DNA of 64,000 nt. It comes from Thermoplasmatales archaeon (GTDB lineage: Archaea > Thermoplasmatota > Thermoplasmata > Thermoplasmatales > Thermoplasmataceae). Of this stretch, positions 51,241 to 60,753 are shown in pieces (position 1 is the first letter of the stretch; each line of letters opens with the position of its first letter). The stretch spans positions 180,860 through 244,859 of the forward strand of contig DAIDBH010000006.1 in NCBI GenBank assembly GCA_027310185.1, written 5' to 3'. The translations under genes were made by a program, and so were the position numbers. A model generated the notes under the pieces. It saw only the letters and a list, made by a program, of their open reading frames with translations. It was not told the DNA's origin and did not search any database.

Positions 51241-51870
51241 ATGGAATTTATTGAGATCAGATCCAAAGAAAAGCTTATGATTGTGGGTTTTGGCATAAAG
51301 GGTCTTGTTTCTGATGGCAATGCAGTAAAGGAGAAACTTGAATCCTTTGAACCGGAAGTAATAATGATGGGCATATCACCAGAAGAAGTTGAAGGCCTGA
51401 AGAATTTTGTGGATGATCCCTTCGAGATAGACATGAGTGACTACGAGCTTATTTACGGTACACTTCTATCTCAGTTTGGACCAGTTGAGGTTCCTCCACC
51501 GATTTTCACTCAGACAATAATTTACGCAAAGGCGAACAATATCCCGGTGAAAGGACTGGATGTTGATGAGGAAACATTCGGTACAAGATATGAAGAGGAA
51601 TATACAGTTTCCCAGATGGTTGGATATATCACGAAAAAGAAGAAACTCAAGAAGAGGAACTTCGATATGGAGTCTCCAGAAAAGTTTGTCCTCCAGTGGA
51701 GAAAGGAGATTGAGAAGACTAAGGCAATGGGGAATATGGAAAAAATGAGAGAAGAGGCTATTTCTGAGAATCTTTACAGAATATTCAAGGAGGGTAGCGA
51801 AAGAAGATATTTTGCAATCATAGAGTATGAATTCAACAACGAAGTGAAAAGAAGAACAAATTATGTGTGA
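51241..51870 (+). CDS. Conserved hypothetical protein (possible TraB/ChaN-like fold)
   Basis: Abuts upstream gene; EPEVIMMGIS..E, IPVKGLD, REEAI pattern. Confidence 0.55.
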   Translation: MEFIEIRSKEKLMIVGFGIKGLVSDGNAVKEKLESFEPEVIMMGISPEEVEGLKNFVDDPFEIDMSDYELIYGTLLSQFGPVEVPPPIFTQTIIYAKANNIPVKGLDVDEETFGTRYEEEYTVSQMVGYITKKKKLKKRNFDMESPEKFVLQWRKEIEKTKAMGNMEKMREEAISENLYRIFKEGSERRYFAIIEYEFNNEVKRRTNYV

Positions 51871-52448
51871 TCGAGAAGCCCAGCAAATATTATGTATATT
51901 TCACTGCTTTCGCTTCTTGATGCCATGGGCTTGGTAATATAGTTCCTCCTGAAGAATCCACTGAACTGATTCATGAATTCCTTTGTGTATTCCCCCTGGA
52001 ACTGCTTTACCATCATGTTTCCACCAATTCTGAGTACATCCATGCCATATTTCACTATTGATGTACATATATCTACTGATGATGCGTGATCAAGTGAATG
52101 CTGTCCAGTGGTGTGAGACATGGCATCTGACAGGATGAGATCCATCTTCCTTCCGTCAAGATAATTCCTGATATCGTTCCAGGATGATTCTTTAGTAACA
52201 TCTCCCCTGATGGAAAATGGCATGATATCAGATTTTTTCGCACTTATATCAACACACAAAAGATATTCTGGATTTCTTTCCATTAAAACATCTGTCCACC
52301 CTCCAGGTGAGGATCCAATTTCCAGAATGTAATGAGCCCTTGACAGGATCTCGAATTTCCTGTCAATCTCTATGAGTTTATAGGCAGCTCTGCTTCTGTA
52401 ACCAGCCTTTTTAGCCCTGTTATAGTAAGTATCTTCTCTATTTTTCAT
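51861..52448 (-). CDS. rlmE: 23S rRNA 2'-O-methyltransferase RlmE/FtsJ
   Basis: YRSRAAYKL, IGSSPGGW, LSD, KP.ASR..SSEIY. Confidence 0.94.
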   Translation of the reverse strand: MKNREDTYYNRAKKAGYRSRAAYKLIEIDRKFEILSRAHYILEIGSSPGGWTDVLMERNPEYLLCVDISAKKSDIMPFSIRGDVTKESSWNDIRNYLDGRKMDLILSDAMSHTTGQHSLDHASSVDICTSIVKYGMDVLRIGGNMMVKQFQGEYTKEFMNQFSGFFRRNYITKPMASRSESSEIYIIFAGLLDHT

Positions 52449-52819
52449 TGTCCAGTTAGTTTCCTGTACTCTTCGGCGGTTAATGTGCCTTTTACATCGT
52501 CAGTCAGCTTAACTTTGACCAGCCATGCATTGTATGGTTCCTGGTTGATCAATTCCGGTTTGCCTTCCAGTTCCCTGTTTACTGCAGTTATTTTTCCAGT
52601 AACTGGTGAGAAAACCTCCTCAGCAGATTTAACAGACTCAACAGTCAACAGGGTATCCCCAGTTTTTATATCCTTTCCAACTTCTGGCAGATCCACATAG
52701 ACGACATCAGTAAGCTGTTTCTGTGCAAAGTCAGTTACTCCTATTTCAACTTCACTACCATTAGCTTTAACCCACTCATGGGTCTTGGTATATTTCAAAT
52801 CTTCAGGAACATTGCTCAT
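52445..52819 (-). CDS. gcvH: Glycine cleavage system H protein
   Basis: YTKTHEW, GVTDFAQ, VESVK lipoyl lysine; start reassigned to MSNVPE. Confidence 0.95.
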   Translation of the reverse strand: MSNVPEDLKYTKTHEWVKANGSEVEIGVTDFAQKQLTDVVYVDLPEVGKDIKTGDTLLTVESVKSAEEVFSPVTGKITAVNRELEGKPELINQEPYNAWLVKVKLTDDVKGTLTAEEYRKLTGQ

Positions 52820-52886
52820 AGGTGCGTAAGAAGTTAGGAGTAAATAAGTTTTTATTTCGAATGTGCTCAAAAAAATATAGATGTAT

Positions 52887-53210
52887 TCAGCTTATATAAT
52901 TTACTGAATCATGATTGGTCTTTGATTTTCCCTGTGTAACAACTTCATCTTCACCAAAATCAATGGCGATCAGGTTTGACACAGGAATCAACCTCAAAAG
53001 AACTTTTTCTACACCGGAAACTTTGAAGACCAGTGCACCTTCTTCACCTAGAATTGTGTATCCTACAAATTCACCATCTGTCTCCATTGGCTCATCCTTT
53101 CCGCTATTAGATATTACCTTGTATTTTCCACCTTTTTTAATTTCTACCATATCCATTTTACTCAAAACCTCCAGTATATTCATAATTTTATTTTCTGTCA
53201 GCTTCAACAC
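52887..53210 (-). CDS. Conserved hypothetical small beta protein
   Basis: ORF upstream of gcvH; G.F.GYT..G, R.IP pattern; start uncertain. Confidence 0.6.
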   Translation of the reverse strand: MLKLTENKIMNILEVLSKMDMVEIKKGGKYKVISNSGKDEPMETDGEFVGYTILGEEGALVFKVSGVEKVLLRLIPVSNLIAIDFGEDEVVTQGKSKTNHDSVNYIS

Positions 53211-53357
53211 TGAGCCATAGCGATTTAATTAATAAAAGTTTAGACCCTTGGAGATACAGAGTTTATTTTGCAATCCTCCAGCTAAAAGTGAGAAGGTTAG
53301 CTCCGAATCAATGTCAAGTTATTATAATGAAATCGTATGGGTAGATAAGTGTGAATA

Positions 53358-54026
53358 TTGGTAAATATAGACATACTGAGAAAAAGAAATGGTAAATCCA
53401 TAATTGTAGCGTCTGTTATTCCAGAGAAAGATTATGAGAATCAGATTAGACTCATCTCAAAAAAGCTTGAAGATTTTAATTTCATACCTGAGTTCAGGAT
53501 GGACCTTGGTACCTTTGATTATGATAATATTGAAAAATACATGAAGATGGTAAACGACTACTCGATACCAAACATTTTCACCTACAGGACAGGACAGCCA
53601 TTCTTAGCAGAGAAAGCTTATAAAATTCCCCTTGGACTGGAAAATTCAATTCTGGATATTGATGTATCCATAATTAGGAGAATTTCCTTTAATTATCCAG
53701 GAAATAGAACCATTCTATCCTCACATTTCCTGAATCCTCTGGAATTCAGGGCTAAGTTTGAGCAACTTGCGAAGTTCAGGAATGTGGCAATTAAGCTGGC
53801 TTCTTCTTTCGATCACGAAAATATACTGGATGTTTTATGGTTCCTTAAGCATGCCAGTGGTGAGAGGATATTATCTGTCGTCCCTCAGGGCATGAACAAC
53901 CAGATATTCAGGATAGTTTCTTCTCTGACGGTGAGTGACTTTATGTATTCATCTCTTGATGAACCTGTTGTGGGTGGACAATACAGAATGGAGTGGCTAT
54001 CGAAAATTCTGGATATGATTCACTGA
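53358..54026 (+). CDS. aroD: Type I 3-dehydroquinate dehydratase-like protein (divergent)
   Basis: EFRMD, IFTYR, SSHF, IKLA (Schiff-base Lys), GGQ. Confidence 0.65.
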   Translation: MVNIDILRKRNGKSIIVASVIPEKDYENQIRLISKKLEDFNFIPEFRMDLGTFDYDNIEKYMKMVNDYSIPNIFTYRTGQPFLAEKAYKIPLGLENSILDIDVSIIRRISFNYPGNRTILSSHFLNPLEFRAKFEQLAKFRNVAIKLASSFDHENILDVLWFLKHASGERILSVVPQGMNNQIFRIVSSLTVSDFMYSSLDEPVVGGQYRMEWLSKILDMIH

Positions 54027-54054
54027 ATGATAGTAACTTTACAGTTTGGCGATC

Positions 54055-54714
54055 CTATATGCCACTGGCTATTGCAATTATGCCTGTAGTTATGAGTTCT
54101 ATTGCTATGGATGCAAGCAGGAGCCCCATTATCCTTGAAATAACTGTTGTTCCAGTCTTTCCTATTTTCGAAGCAATGGAAGAGGAGAAGTACAGAATGA
54201 GATATGAAATTACGAACAGAATCACAAGTGCAATGCCAAAACTGAATTTTAGCGGAATAGTATTTGCCTTTGCGTTAAGAAGTATGGCGGTCGTGATTGA
54301 ACCGGGACCAGCAAGCAGTGGTGTTCCTATGGGTACTATTCCTACGTCTTCCTGCTGCTTTCCCTCCTGACTCTCTTCCCTTGTAAGTTTTGTGTTCGAT
54401 GTCTTCCCCTGAAGCATATCAAATGCAACTTTGAACAGCAGGATTCCACCAGCAACCTTGAAGTCATTTATGTTTATTCCCAGTCCTTCAAATATATAGT
54501 ATCCTACAAGAACAAAACCGATAATCATTCCTGAAGCCATGTAAATGCTTCTCCTGATTGTTGCCATTTTTTCCTTCTTGCTGTATCCATCTGTTAGAAA
54601 AACGAGTGTCGGTATTGCCCCTATGGGATTCATTATGGCGAACATAGCTGCAAGGCTGTAACCTGCGAATTCAATCATTTCAATAAGGGACAATGTCATG
54701 GCCATAACTTTCAC
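54055..54714 (-). CDS. MarC family membrane protein
   Basis: IMNPIG, VAGGILL, VPIGTPLLAGPGSIT, RIMGLLL. Confidence 0.92.
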   Translation of the reverse strand: MKVMAMTLSLIEMIEFAGYSLAAMFAIMNPIGAIPTLVFLTDGYSKKEKMATIRRSIYMASGMIIGFVLVGYYIFEGLGININDFKVAGGILLFKVAFDMLQGKTSNTKLTREESQEGKQQEDVGIVPIGTPLLAGPGSITTAILLNAKANTIPLKFSFGIALVILFVISYLILYFSSSIASKIGKTGTTVISRIMGLLLASIAIELITTGIIAIASGI

Positions 54715-54856
54715 TCTTATAATTATTGGTTTGGATTTTCAAAAACCAGTTTCAGTTTAATATATTATTGATTTTAATTTATTTTGGTTTATGTGTCTGA
54801 CAACCAATGTTTCATTATCTGAAAAATCATATATACCTTAAATCGTTGTTGAATTA

Positions 54857-55702
54857 TTGGAACAGATTAAGTTATCCCAGATGATAAAGAATAACCTCAG
54901 AGGAAACAGTGGATATTATATAATGAAATTTATCACTGGTCAGGAAATGAGCCTTGATGGGTATTCTTCAGAACATATTGTATTTCCCTATTCCGAAAAC
55001 CTTAAGATCATATCATACAGAAGTAGAAAGACCCCAAAGATCAGGGAAAGTGACTTCCTTATAATGCCAGAAAATGTCTTTGCAAGACTGGCATCGGATA
55101 TGGAGGGTTCTGGTTTCTATCCATCTACTGTAGAATTGGAAGGCGAGGAGGGAGAGTATCTGGGAGCTTCCTCAGCCCTGACTCTGATTTCCTATGATGT
55201 CATTTTTAAGTTCCTGAAGAATGGCTTCAGTTTCAGGACCTGTGTTTTCAGGAAGGATAGAACCTATTTCGGTGTCGACAGATTTTCAAGAATATGGTCA
55301 AACGATAGGGAGATCATATCAACCATGGGAGAACTAACAGCACAATACTTGTCGGAGGCTCTCAAAAATTTTCCCCTGAACAGAAGTGCAGAATCTACCA
55401 CTGAAAACATGATACAACGGCCATATATTTCTGATTACTCTGCCAGCAGTGAAGTTTTTGAGAGATTGAAATTGAGGCTAGGGAAGAGGAGAATTACATT
55501 AAGCAGAAGATTCAGGAACGGGGAAAACTTGATTTATGCGTTTGCAAGTAACCAGACCCACAGGATAGAGATAGCATTTACGGGAACCAACCTGAGCCTT
55601 GTATCCATGAACTCAACGGATCTGAACACATTGATTGTAATGAGCGAAATTGTTGAAAAAGCAGGAGGGATATTTGTTGGAACTAGATCCACTATTAAGT
55701 GA
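54857..55702 (+). CDS. Hypothetical protein
   Basis: 281 aa ORF overlapping the next gene; no family recognised. Confidence 0.6.
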   Translation: MEQIKLSQMIKNNLRGNSGYYIMKFITGQEMSLDGYSSEHIVFPYSENLKIISYRSRKTPKIRESDFLIMPENVFARLASDMEGSGFYPSTVELEGEEGEYLGASSALTLISYDVIFKFLKNGFSFRTCVFRKDRTYFGVDRFSRIWSNDREIISTMGELTAQYLSEALKNFPLNRSAESTTENMIQRPYISDYSASSEVFERLKLRLGKRRITLSRRFRNGENLIYAFASNQTHRIEIAFTGTNLSLVSMNSTDLNTLIVMSEIVEKAGGIFVGTRSTIK

Positions 55703-56402
55703 GTTTCATAGGGAAGAGAAGGAAAAAAGCAGACTTCATGCCGTGATTTCAGGCCTCTTTTCTTATCTTGAATGCTGGGGCTTCACACCAGTGCATATAA
55801 GAGTGTTCAACTGCGAAAGGCAGAGCTTTTTTCTGGAAACGGTGGATAATAAGGGTCAAATAATTATGTGGAATGGCTTTTCAGGAAAGATCAGGAATAT
55901 TTCACCTGATTCACTCACCCAGGGTAAAAGGATTGTTAATGTTTGCCTCGGAAAAAATGCTGGATTGGACCTCGATCCATCCAAAAATTACCTGATTGCT
56001 TCAGAAAGGAACAGATCAAAGGTAATTGAGAACTATTCGGATCAGCAGAAAGAGGTTGAGGTAGTTAGTTTTTATCCATTCCCTTATTACGAGAAAATGC
56101 CAGTTTATGAGAAATTCTGCATACTCAGGTCAGTAATGGGAATAAGAAGGGCGATATTGAGAAATGACTTAATTGCAGAGGTCACCAAGGAGACGATTAA
56201 TAGAAGTCTTGGGATGAGTTCTTACGAGCTTTGGGAGTCCATTAGCAAGTTATTAAGTGAAGGTGTTGAGGCAGGTCTTCTAGAAGAAACTGCAGATGGC
56301 ATAAAAATGATCGGGTTGAAGTTTACCTCAAGAAAGAAGTTCATGGAAAGCTATGACAGATACTTTCTGAAGGTAAACAAGACAACACTATATGATTTCT
56401 AG
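55650..56402 (+). CDS. Hypothetical protein with C-terminal PIP-box-like motif
   Basis: ORF (probable TTG start at about 55674-55677 after GGAGG); ends NKTTLYDF. Confidence 0.6.
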   Translation: MLKKQEGYLLELDPLLSEFHREEKEKSRLHAVISGLFSYLECWGFTPVHIRVFNCERQSFFLETVDNKGQIIMWNGFSGKIRNISPDSLTQGKRIVNVCLGKNAGLDLDPSKNYLIASERNRSKVIENYSDQQKEVEVVSFYPFPYYEKMPVYEKFCILRSVMGIRRAILRNDLIAEVTKETINRSLGMSSYELWESISKLLSEGVEAGLLEETADGIKMIGLKFTSRKKFMESYDRYFLKVNKTTLYDF

Positions 56403-56432
56403 AAAACGGATAAAATGAATTTGCTGGATTTA

Positions 56433-57335
56433 CTACGCAATGATGTATCCCAGGATCATGCCAAGAACTGGTGATACGATCCACATGATCACAATGATCA
56501 AGAATGGTCTCATCTGCATAGCCTTCGTTTTATAAGAAAGGCCTGTACCAAAAACGCTTGACGTGAGTGTTTGTGTACTTGGAAGGGGGAGGGAGAAAAA
56601 TGTAGCTCCCTCTACCAGGAGACTTGACACAAGAAGGGAAACGGTTGCGTTCTGGTATCTCATCCCATACATGTCCTGTGATACTCTCCTGATAACCCCG
56701 CTGCTCATGAATGCAGCTCCAAGAAATATTGCAATTATCATGATAAGGATAGTGAGATCAGATGATCCTCCAAGTGAGGCTAGAAGACCAAATGTGTTGG
56801 CTCCAAGAGAGAATGCGGTCAGGAAAGAGATCAATACAAGAAATAGTTTATAGAACCTTGCAGTTTTCCATACATTTTTCACACTTATCCTGTTCAGGTT
56901 GAGATTGAGAAAATAAGAGGACAGTATGGCGAGAACAGGAGCCAGAATCCATAGGGCGATTATCATTGTAATATACACCGAATCATAATTGTATCCTGTT
57001 TTCAGCCCAATTCCAATGGATGTGCCTACTATTGCCATTATGAGAGAAAGTGGGATCCTGGCAAATGTTGCAATAATAAACATGACTATTGATACACCAA
57101 GCACTATGAGAATCAGGTTGCTCCTTTCTGGCATAATAAGGAACAGAGAGTTTGATAGAAATCTTCCTTCTGTGATCAGCCCTATTGAAAAACCTGCTGC
57201 CCCTAAAGTTAGTCCAAAGTTTCTTGAAACTATGCGGGAGCCAATAATGGTTCCAACTGCTGCTGAAATATTGTTACCTGAGACTACTGCACTCAGTATT
57301 CCAACAAGTGCAATTGCAATATAAAGAGAGATCAT
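56433..57335 (-). CDS. Inorganic phosphate transporter, PiT family
   Basis: GNN..AAVGT, PLSL, LGANT, PLPSTQ...SV.G, WIVSP. Confidence 0.88.
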   Translation of the reverse strand: MISLYIAIALVGILSAVVSGNNISAAVGTIIGSRIVSRNFGLTLGAAGFSIGLITEGRFLSNSLFLIMPERSNLILIVLGVSIVMFIIATFARIPLSLIMAIVGTSIGIGLKTGYNYDSVYITMIIALWILAPVLAILSSYFLNLNLNRISVKNVWKTARFYKLFLVLISFLTAFSLGANTFGLLASLGGSSDLTILIMIIAIFLGAAFMSSGVIRRVSQDMYGMRYQNATVSLLVSSLLVEGATFFSLPLPSTQTLTSSVFGTGLSYKTKAMQMRPFLIIVIMWIVSPVLGMILGYIIA

Positions 57336-58012
57336 CTTGATACTGAAAGCATTGTGTTGAGAACAAGATCAGAAATATCCTCACAGTTATCAAGAAGGTC
57401 ATCAAGAGTGTGAACTATGGAATTTATGTGATTGAACATAAGGTATGATATACTCTCGGATGTCCTGTAAAGTCTATCTATGATCCCATCCTTTATTTCA
57501 TCCACTTTTTCTTCCATTTCCTGTATGTTACCCCTCACTTCCTTGACCTGATCGATATCTGCCACCTCAAGCATCTTATTTACCTTGCCTATAGCCTCAA
57601 GATTTATTTCCAGAATAGTTATGAAATTTGTATAAAAGCCCTTTATAGGCTCCATGTGGAATCCATTTGCAATGAAACTATCCTTTGCCCTTGACATTTC
57701 CCTTGCAATCCAGTAAGTCTTATCGATTATATCATCAAACTTCTCTATAAGAGTTAGGAAATTGTCCATCAGGGTTGATCCTATTGCCCCTGAAGTAATA
57801 TCCCTCTTCAGATTCAGTGTAATTTCATCTGCTTCTTTTTCATTCAATCCAATTTTCTTAACCATATTCTGAATATCGTTTTCCGGTTTCTCAAAGATTT
57901 CCATGAGCAGGTTTGAATTTTCCTGTGCCAGTGAGAGATACTTTTCCATATTCATAAGAGACTGTCTTTCCCCTATGACCATAAGTTTCTTCAGAAAGTG
58001 GTAATTTACCAT
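57332..58012 (-). CDS. DUF47 / PhoU-like phosphate transport regulator
   Basis: EKEADEI, DDIID, EEKVDEIK, DNCEDISD; cotranscribed with pit. Confidence 0.88.
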   Translation of the reverse strand: MVNYHFLKKLMVIGERQSLMNMEKYLSLAQENSNLLMEIFEKPENDIQNMVKKIGLNEKEADEITLNLKRDITSGAIGSTLMDNFLTLIEKFDDIIDKTYWIAREMSRAKDSFIANGFHMEPIKGFYTNFITILEINLEAIGKVNKMLEVADIDQVKEVRGNIQEMEEKVDEIKDGIIDRLYRTSESISYLMFNHINSIVHTLDDLLDNCEDISDLVLNTMLSVSR

Positions 58013-58032
58013 TCTAGGACATTGCAATCCCA

Positions 58033-58103
58033 TATTTAAAAATTTTTAGTATATAAAGAAACATATATAGATATATATAGAAACTATATCATTTTTTATA
58101 TAG
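58033..58103 (-). promoter_or_regulatory. TATA box plus phased TATATA repeats upstream of DUF47-pit
   Basis: TTTTTAAATA on minus strand about 25 nt before ATG; TATAT(A) units near 58050, 58064, 58074, 58085, 58097. Confidence 0.55.
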
Positions 58104-58168
58104 CTTCCAGTTATCTTTGCATTAGAAGGTAATAATTATTCCGCCAGATACCTTCTGGTTGCAGAATG

Positions 58169-58990
58169 TTACAGTGATAGATTCTTTACATCCATCTGGG
58201 AAAGATTTGCCTTCACACTGTAAAAATCCCATTTTATAATTGATCTTGCTTCATCAATATTCAGGGATGAATCCCTGGGCCTTCTGGCAACCTGCCCTGA
58301 AAATTCCTGGCTTTCTATAATTTTTGTAGAATCAAGCTTGAAAAAATCTGCAATCCTGAGCGCAAATTCCTTTCTTGATATCCTTTCACCACTTATATTT
58401 ATCTTACCACTGAAGTTATTCTTAATAAGTTCAGATGCAGCCCTGGCCAAATTTTTGGAGTGTATTGGGGAGTAATATGAATCAATTACCCTGACCTCCT
58501 TTCCCTCCTTCAACCTTTTGTATACCACTACCGGAAAATTATTCTTAACACCATAAACCCCTGATGTTCTGACTATCAGGTGGTTGGGAACCGATTCAAC
58601 TGCCATGTCACCCATTATTTTGCTCATGCCATAATAATTTATGGGATCTGGTACAGAATCCTCTGAATAATTTCCTGTTTCACCATTAAAAACAAAGTCC
58701 GTTGAGAAATGAATGAACCGTATGTTATTCTTGATAGCGTACATTGCCATGACAGAAGGTGATACTGCGTTTATGTTATATGCCCTTTCCCTGTTAGTCT
58801 GGCAGGCATCCACATCTGTCATGGCTGCACAGTTTATGATCACTGCAGGTTTAATTCTATCTAGAGCTTCATATACCTTTGATGGATTCTCGAGATTCAG
58901 TAATTTTCTTTCTGATGGTACAACATCGTCGAAAAGTTTCACCATTTCTGCTCCAAGCTGGCCTGTAGACCCTGTTATTAAAATTTTCAT
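58169..58990 (-). CDS. rmlD: dTDP-4-dehydrorhamnose reductase
   Basis: ITGSTGQLG, AAMTDVD, STDFVFNG, YGMSK, RPRDSSL. Confidence 0.9.
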   Translation of the reverse strand: MKILITGSTGQLGAEMVKLFDDVVPSERKLLNLENPSKVYEALDRIKPAVIINCAAMTDVDACQTNRERAYNINAVSPSVMAMYAIKNNIRFIHFSTDFVFNGETGNYSEDSVPDPINYYGMSKIMGDMAVESVPNHLIVRTSGVYGVKNNFPVVVYKRLKEGKEVRVIDSYYSPIHSKNLARAASELIKNNFSGKINISGERISRKEFALRIADFFKLDSTKIIESQEFSGQVARRPRDSSLNIDEARSIIKWDFYSVKANLSQMDVKNLSL

Positions 58991-60052
58991 TTAGAGTTCC
59001 ACCTTTGAGTCACGCCCAAGAACCAGTTTTGTTCTCCTCGTCTTGGAATTGCCTGATTTGATTGAACATGAGGGGCCGATTATGCTTTCATATATTATCC
59101 TGCCATCTTCAAACTCCACCTTGCAGTTTTCCATTATGATTGAATTCTCTATATCAATACCCTTTATCGTGCAACCGTCACCTATGCTAGTATATGGACC
59201 GATAAATGAATTGACTATGCTGACGTTATTTCCGATATAGCATGGACCGAGTATTTTTGTGGCAGAGTCAATAACCAGATTTGTACCCATCTCAACCCTT
59301 CCCTTGATATTCCGATTTTCCATATCGTTGTTACCCTTCATGCCCTCCAGAACGAGCATGTTGCAGTCGATGAAATCTTCCACTGTACCAGTGTCCTTGA
59401 ACCATCCCTTTATTATCTTATAACCTATCTTCTTCCCATCGAGGATCATGGATTGCAGTGCTTCCATTATTTCATATTCACCTCTTGCTGATGGTACCAG
59501 TTTTTCTATGTAACCATAAACAGAGCTTCTTAGAAAATAGATTCCAGTAACAGCAAGATTACTCTTTGAATCCTTTGGCTTTTCCCTTAAATTGGTTATC
59601 AGGTTTCCCTTTACTTCTGCAACACCGTACTTGGATGGGTCCTTGACCTGTACAAGAATGAGGAATGCGTCAAATTTTTCCTTTTGAAATTTTTCGTAGG
59701 ATTCAGTGAGATCATCCTGGATCACGTTGTCTCCAAGATAAACCAGAAAGTCATCATCCTTTGTTATATTCCTGCACAGTGATATGGCATGGGCAATACC
59801 CAGGGGCTTTTCCTGAAAAACATATTCTATGGATGAATTCCACTTCGATCCATCTCCATAATATTTCTTTACCTCTTCTCCACCTATCTTGCCGATGACT
59901 ATTCCTATTTCTTTAATTCCAATATCAATCATCTGCAGGAGACCATATTCACTTGTAGGTTTTCCCGCTATCGTTAGGAGCTGTTTAACATCGGAGTATG
60001 TGAGTGGCCTGAGTCTTGTCCCTGTGCCTCCGTGAAGGATTATTCCTTTCAT
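58991..60052 (-). CDS. rmlA: Glucose-1-phosphate thymidylyltransferase (long form)
   Basis: GGTGTRLRPLT, PLGIAHA, YLGDN, EKP, SARGEYEI, KDTG; start MKGIIL. Confidence 0.92.
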   Translation of the reverse strand: MKGIILHGGTGTRLRPLTYSDVKQLLTIAGKPTSEYGLLQMIDIGIKEIGIVIGKIGGEEVKKYYGDGSKWNSSIEYVFQEKPLGIAHAISLCRNITKDDDFLVYLGDNVIQDDLTESYEKFQKEKFDAFLILVQVKDPSKYGVAEVKGNLITNLREKPKDSKSNLAVTGIYFLRSSVYGYIEKLVPSARGEYEIMEALQSMILDGKKIGYKIIKGWFKDTGTVEDFIDCNMLVLEGMKGNNDMENRNIKGRVEMGTNLVIDSATKILGPCYIGNNVSIVNSFIGPYTSIGDGCTIKGIDIENSIIMENCKVEFEDGRIIYESIIGPSCSIKSGNSKTRRTKLVLGRDSKVEL

Positions 60053-60192
60053 CGCTTCATAATATTCAATAAAGTTATTACTGTTTCTATTTTCAAGGTA
60101 AATGGATATCCAGCTTAAAGAGATAAAGTAATGCAGGAACCAAACTAGAAATAAATTAATAACAGTTTTCACTTAGAGAGATCGTCGTAGAA

Positions 60193-60744
60193 TTGAATAT
60201 GTCAGATTTTTTTGAAGATGTTGTCAAGAAAAGCATGTACAGAGATATATCGGTAAATATAAGAAATGGATTGCCAAATACTTCCATAATTTCACTTTTC
60301 GCATACTCTGAGGTACTTGGGGCAATGGGGAGAATAATAAATGGTGAAGCTGAAAACATTGTGTTTGGGACTGGGCAGTCAAACAGGAATTTTCAGTCAT
60401 ATCTTAGCTTTGCAGGCAAGGCCTATTCAAGGGTCAATGCAAAGGAGGCCTATCGAGTTATAAGGGGTGGGATAATTCACAGATATTTCATAGGGAGATC
60501 TGCAATGGTTGTTATTAATCCGGAGGATCCCATGGGAACATTAAACTACATTGGTGAATGCCCCATAAGGATAACTGAAGCCGAGGTTTATTTCAATATT
60601 AACCATTACTTCAGGGACATGAAAATTACGGTAAACAGGATAAGAAGAAAGATGAAAAGACAGAGACTTGAGAATCTTGAAATTGCTAGGAGCTTCAACC
60701 AGACAAGATTTGTCTTCCTACATAATGAAATTAAAAATTCCTGA
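60193..60744 (+). CDS. Hypothetical all-helical protein with HEPN-like RxxxxH motif
   Basis: AYSEVLG early helix; YRVIRGGIIH. Confidence 0.55.
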   Translation: MNMSDFFEDVVKKSMYRDISVNIRNGLPNTSIISLFAYSEVLGAMGRIINGEAENIVFGTGQSNRNFQSYLSFAGKAYSRVNAKEAYRVIRGGIIHRYFIGRSAMVVINPEDPMGTLNYIGECPIRITEAEVYFNINHYFRDMKITVNRIRRKMKRQRLENLEIARSFNQTRFVFLHNEIKNS

Positions 60745-60753
60745 GCCAAATAT

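Noticed and set aside
58123-58156. AGAAGGTA...TACCTTCT hairpin after rmlD
   Set aside because: No recognisable riboswitch consensus; may be a simple terminator-like stem
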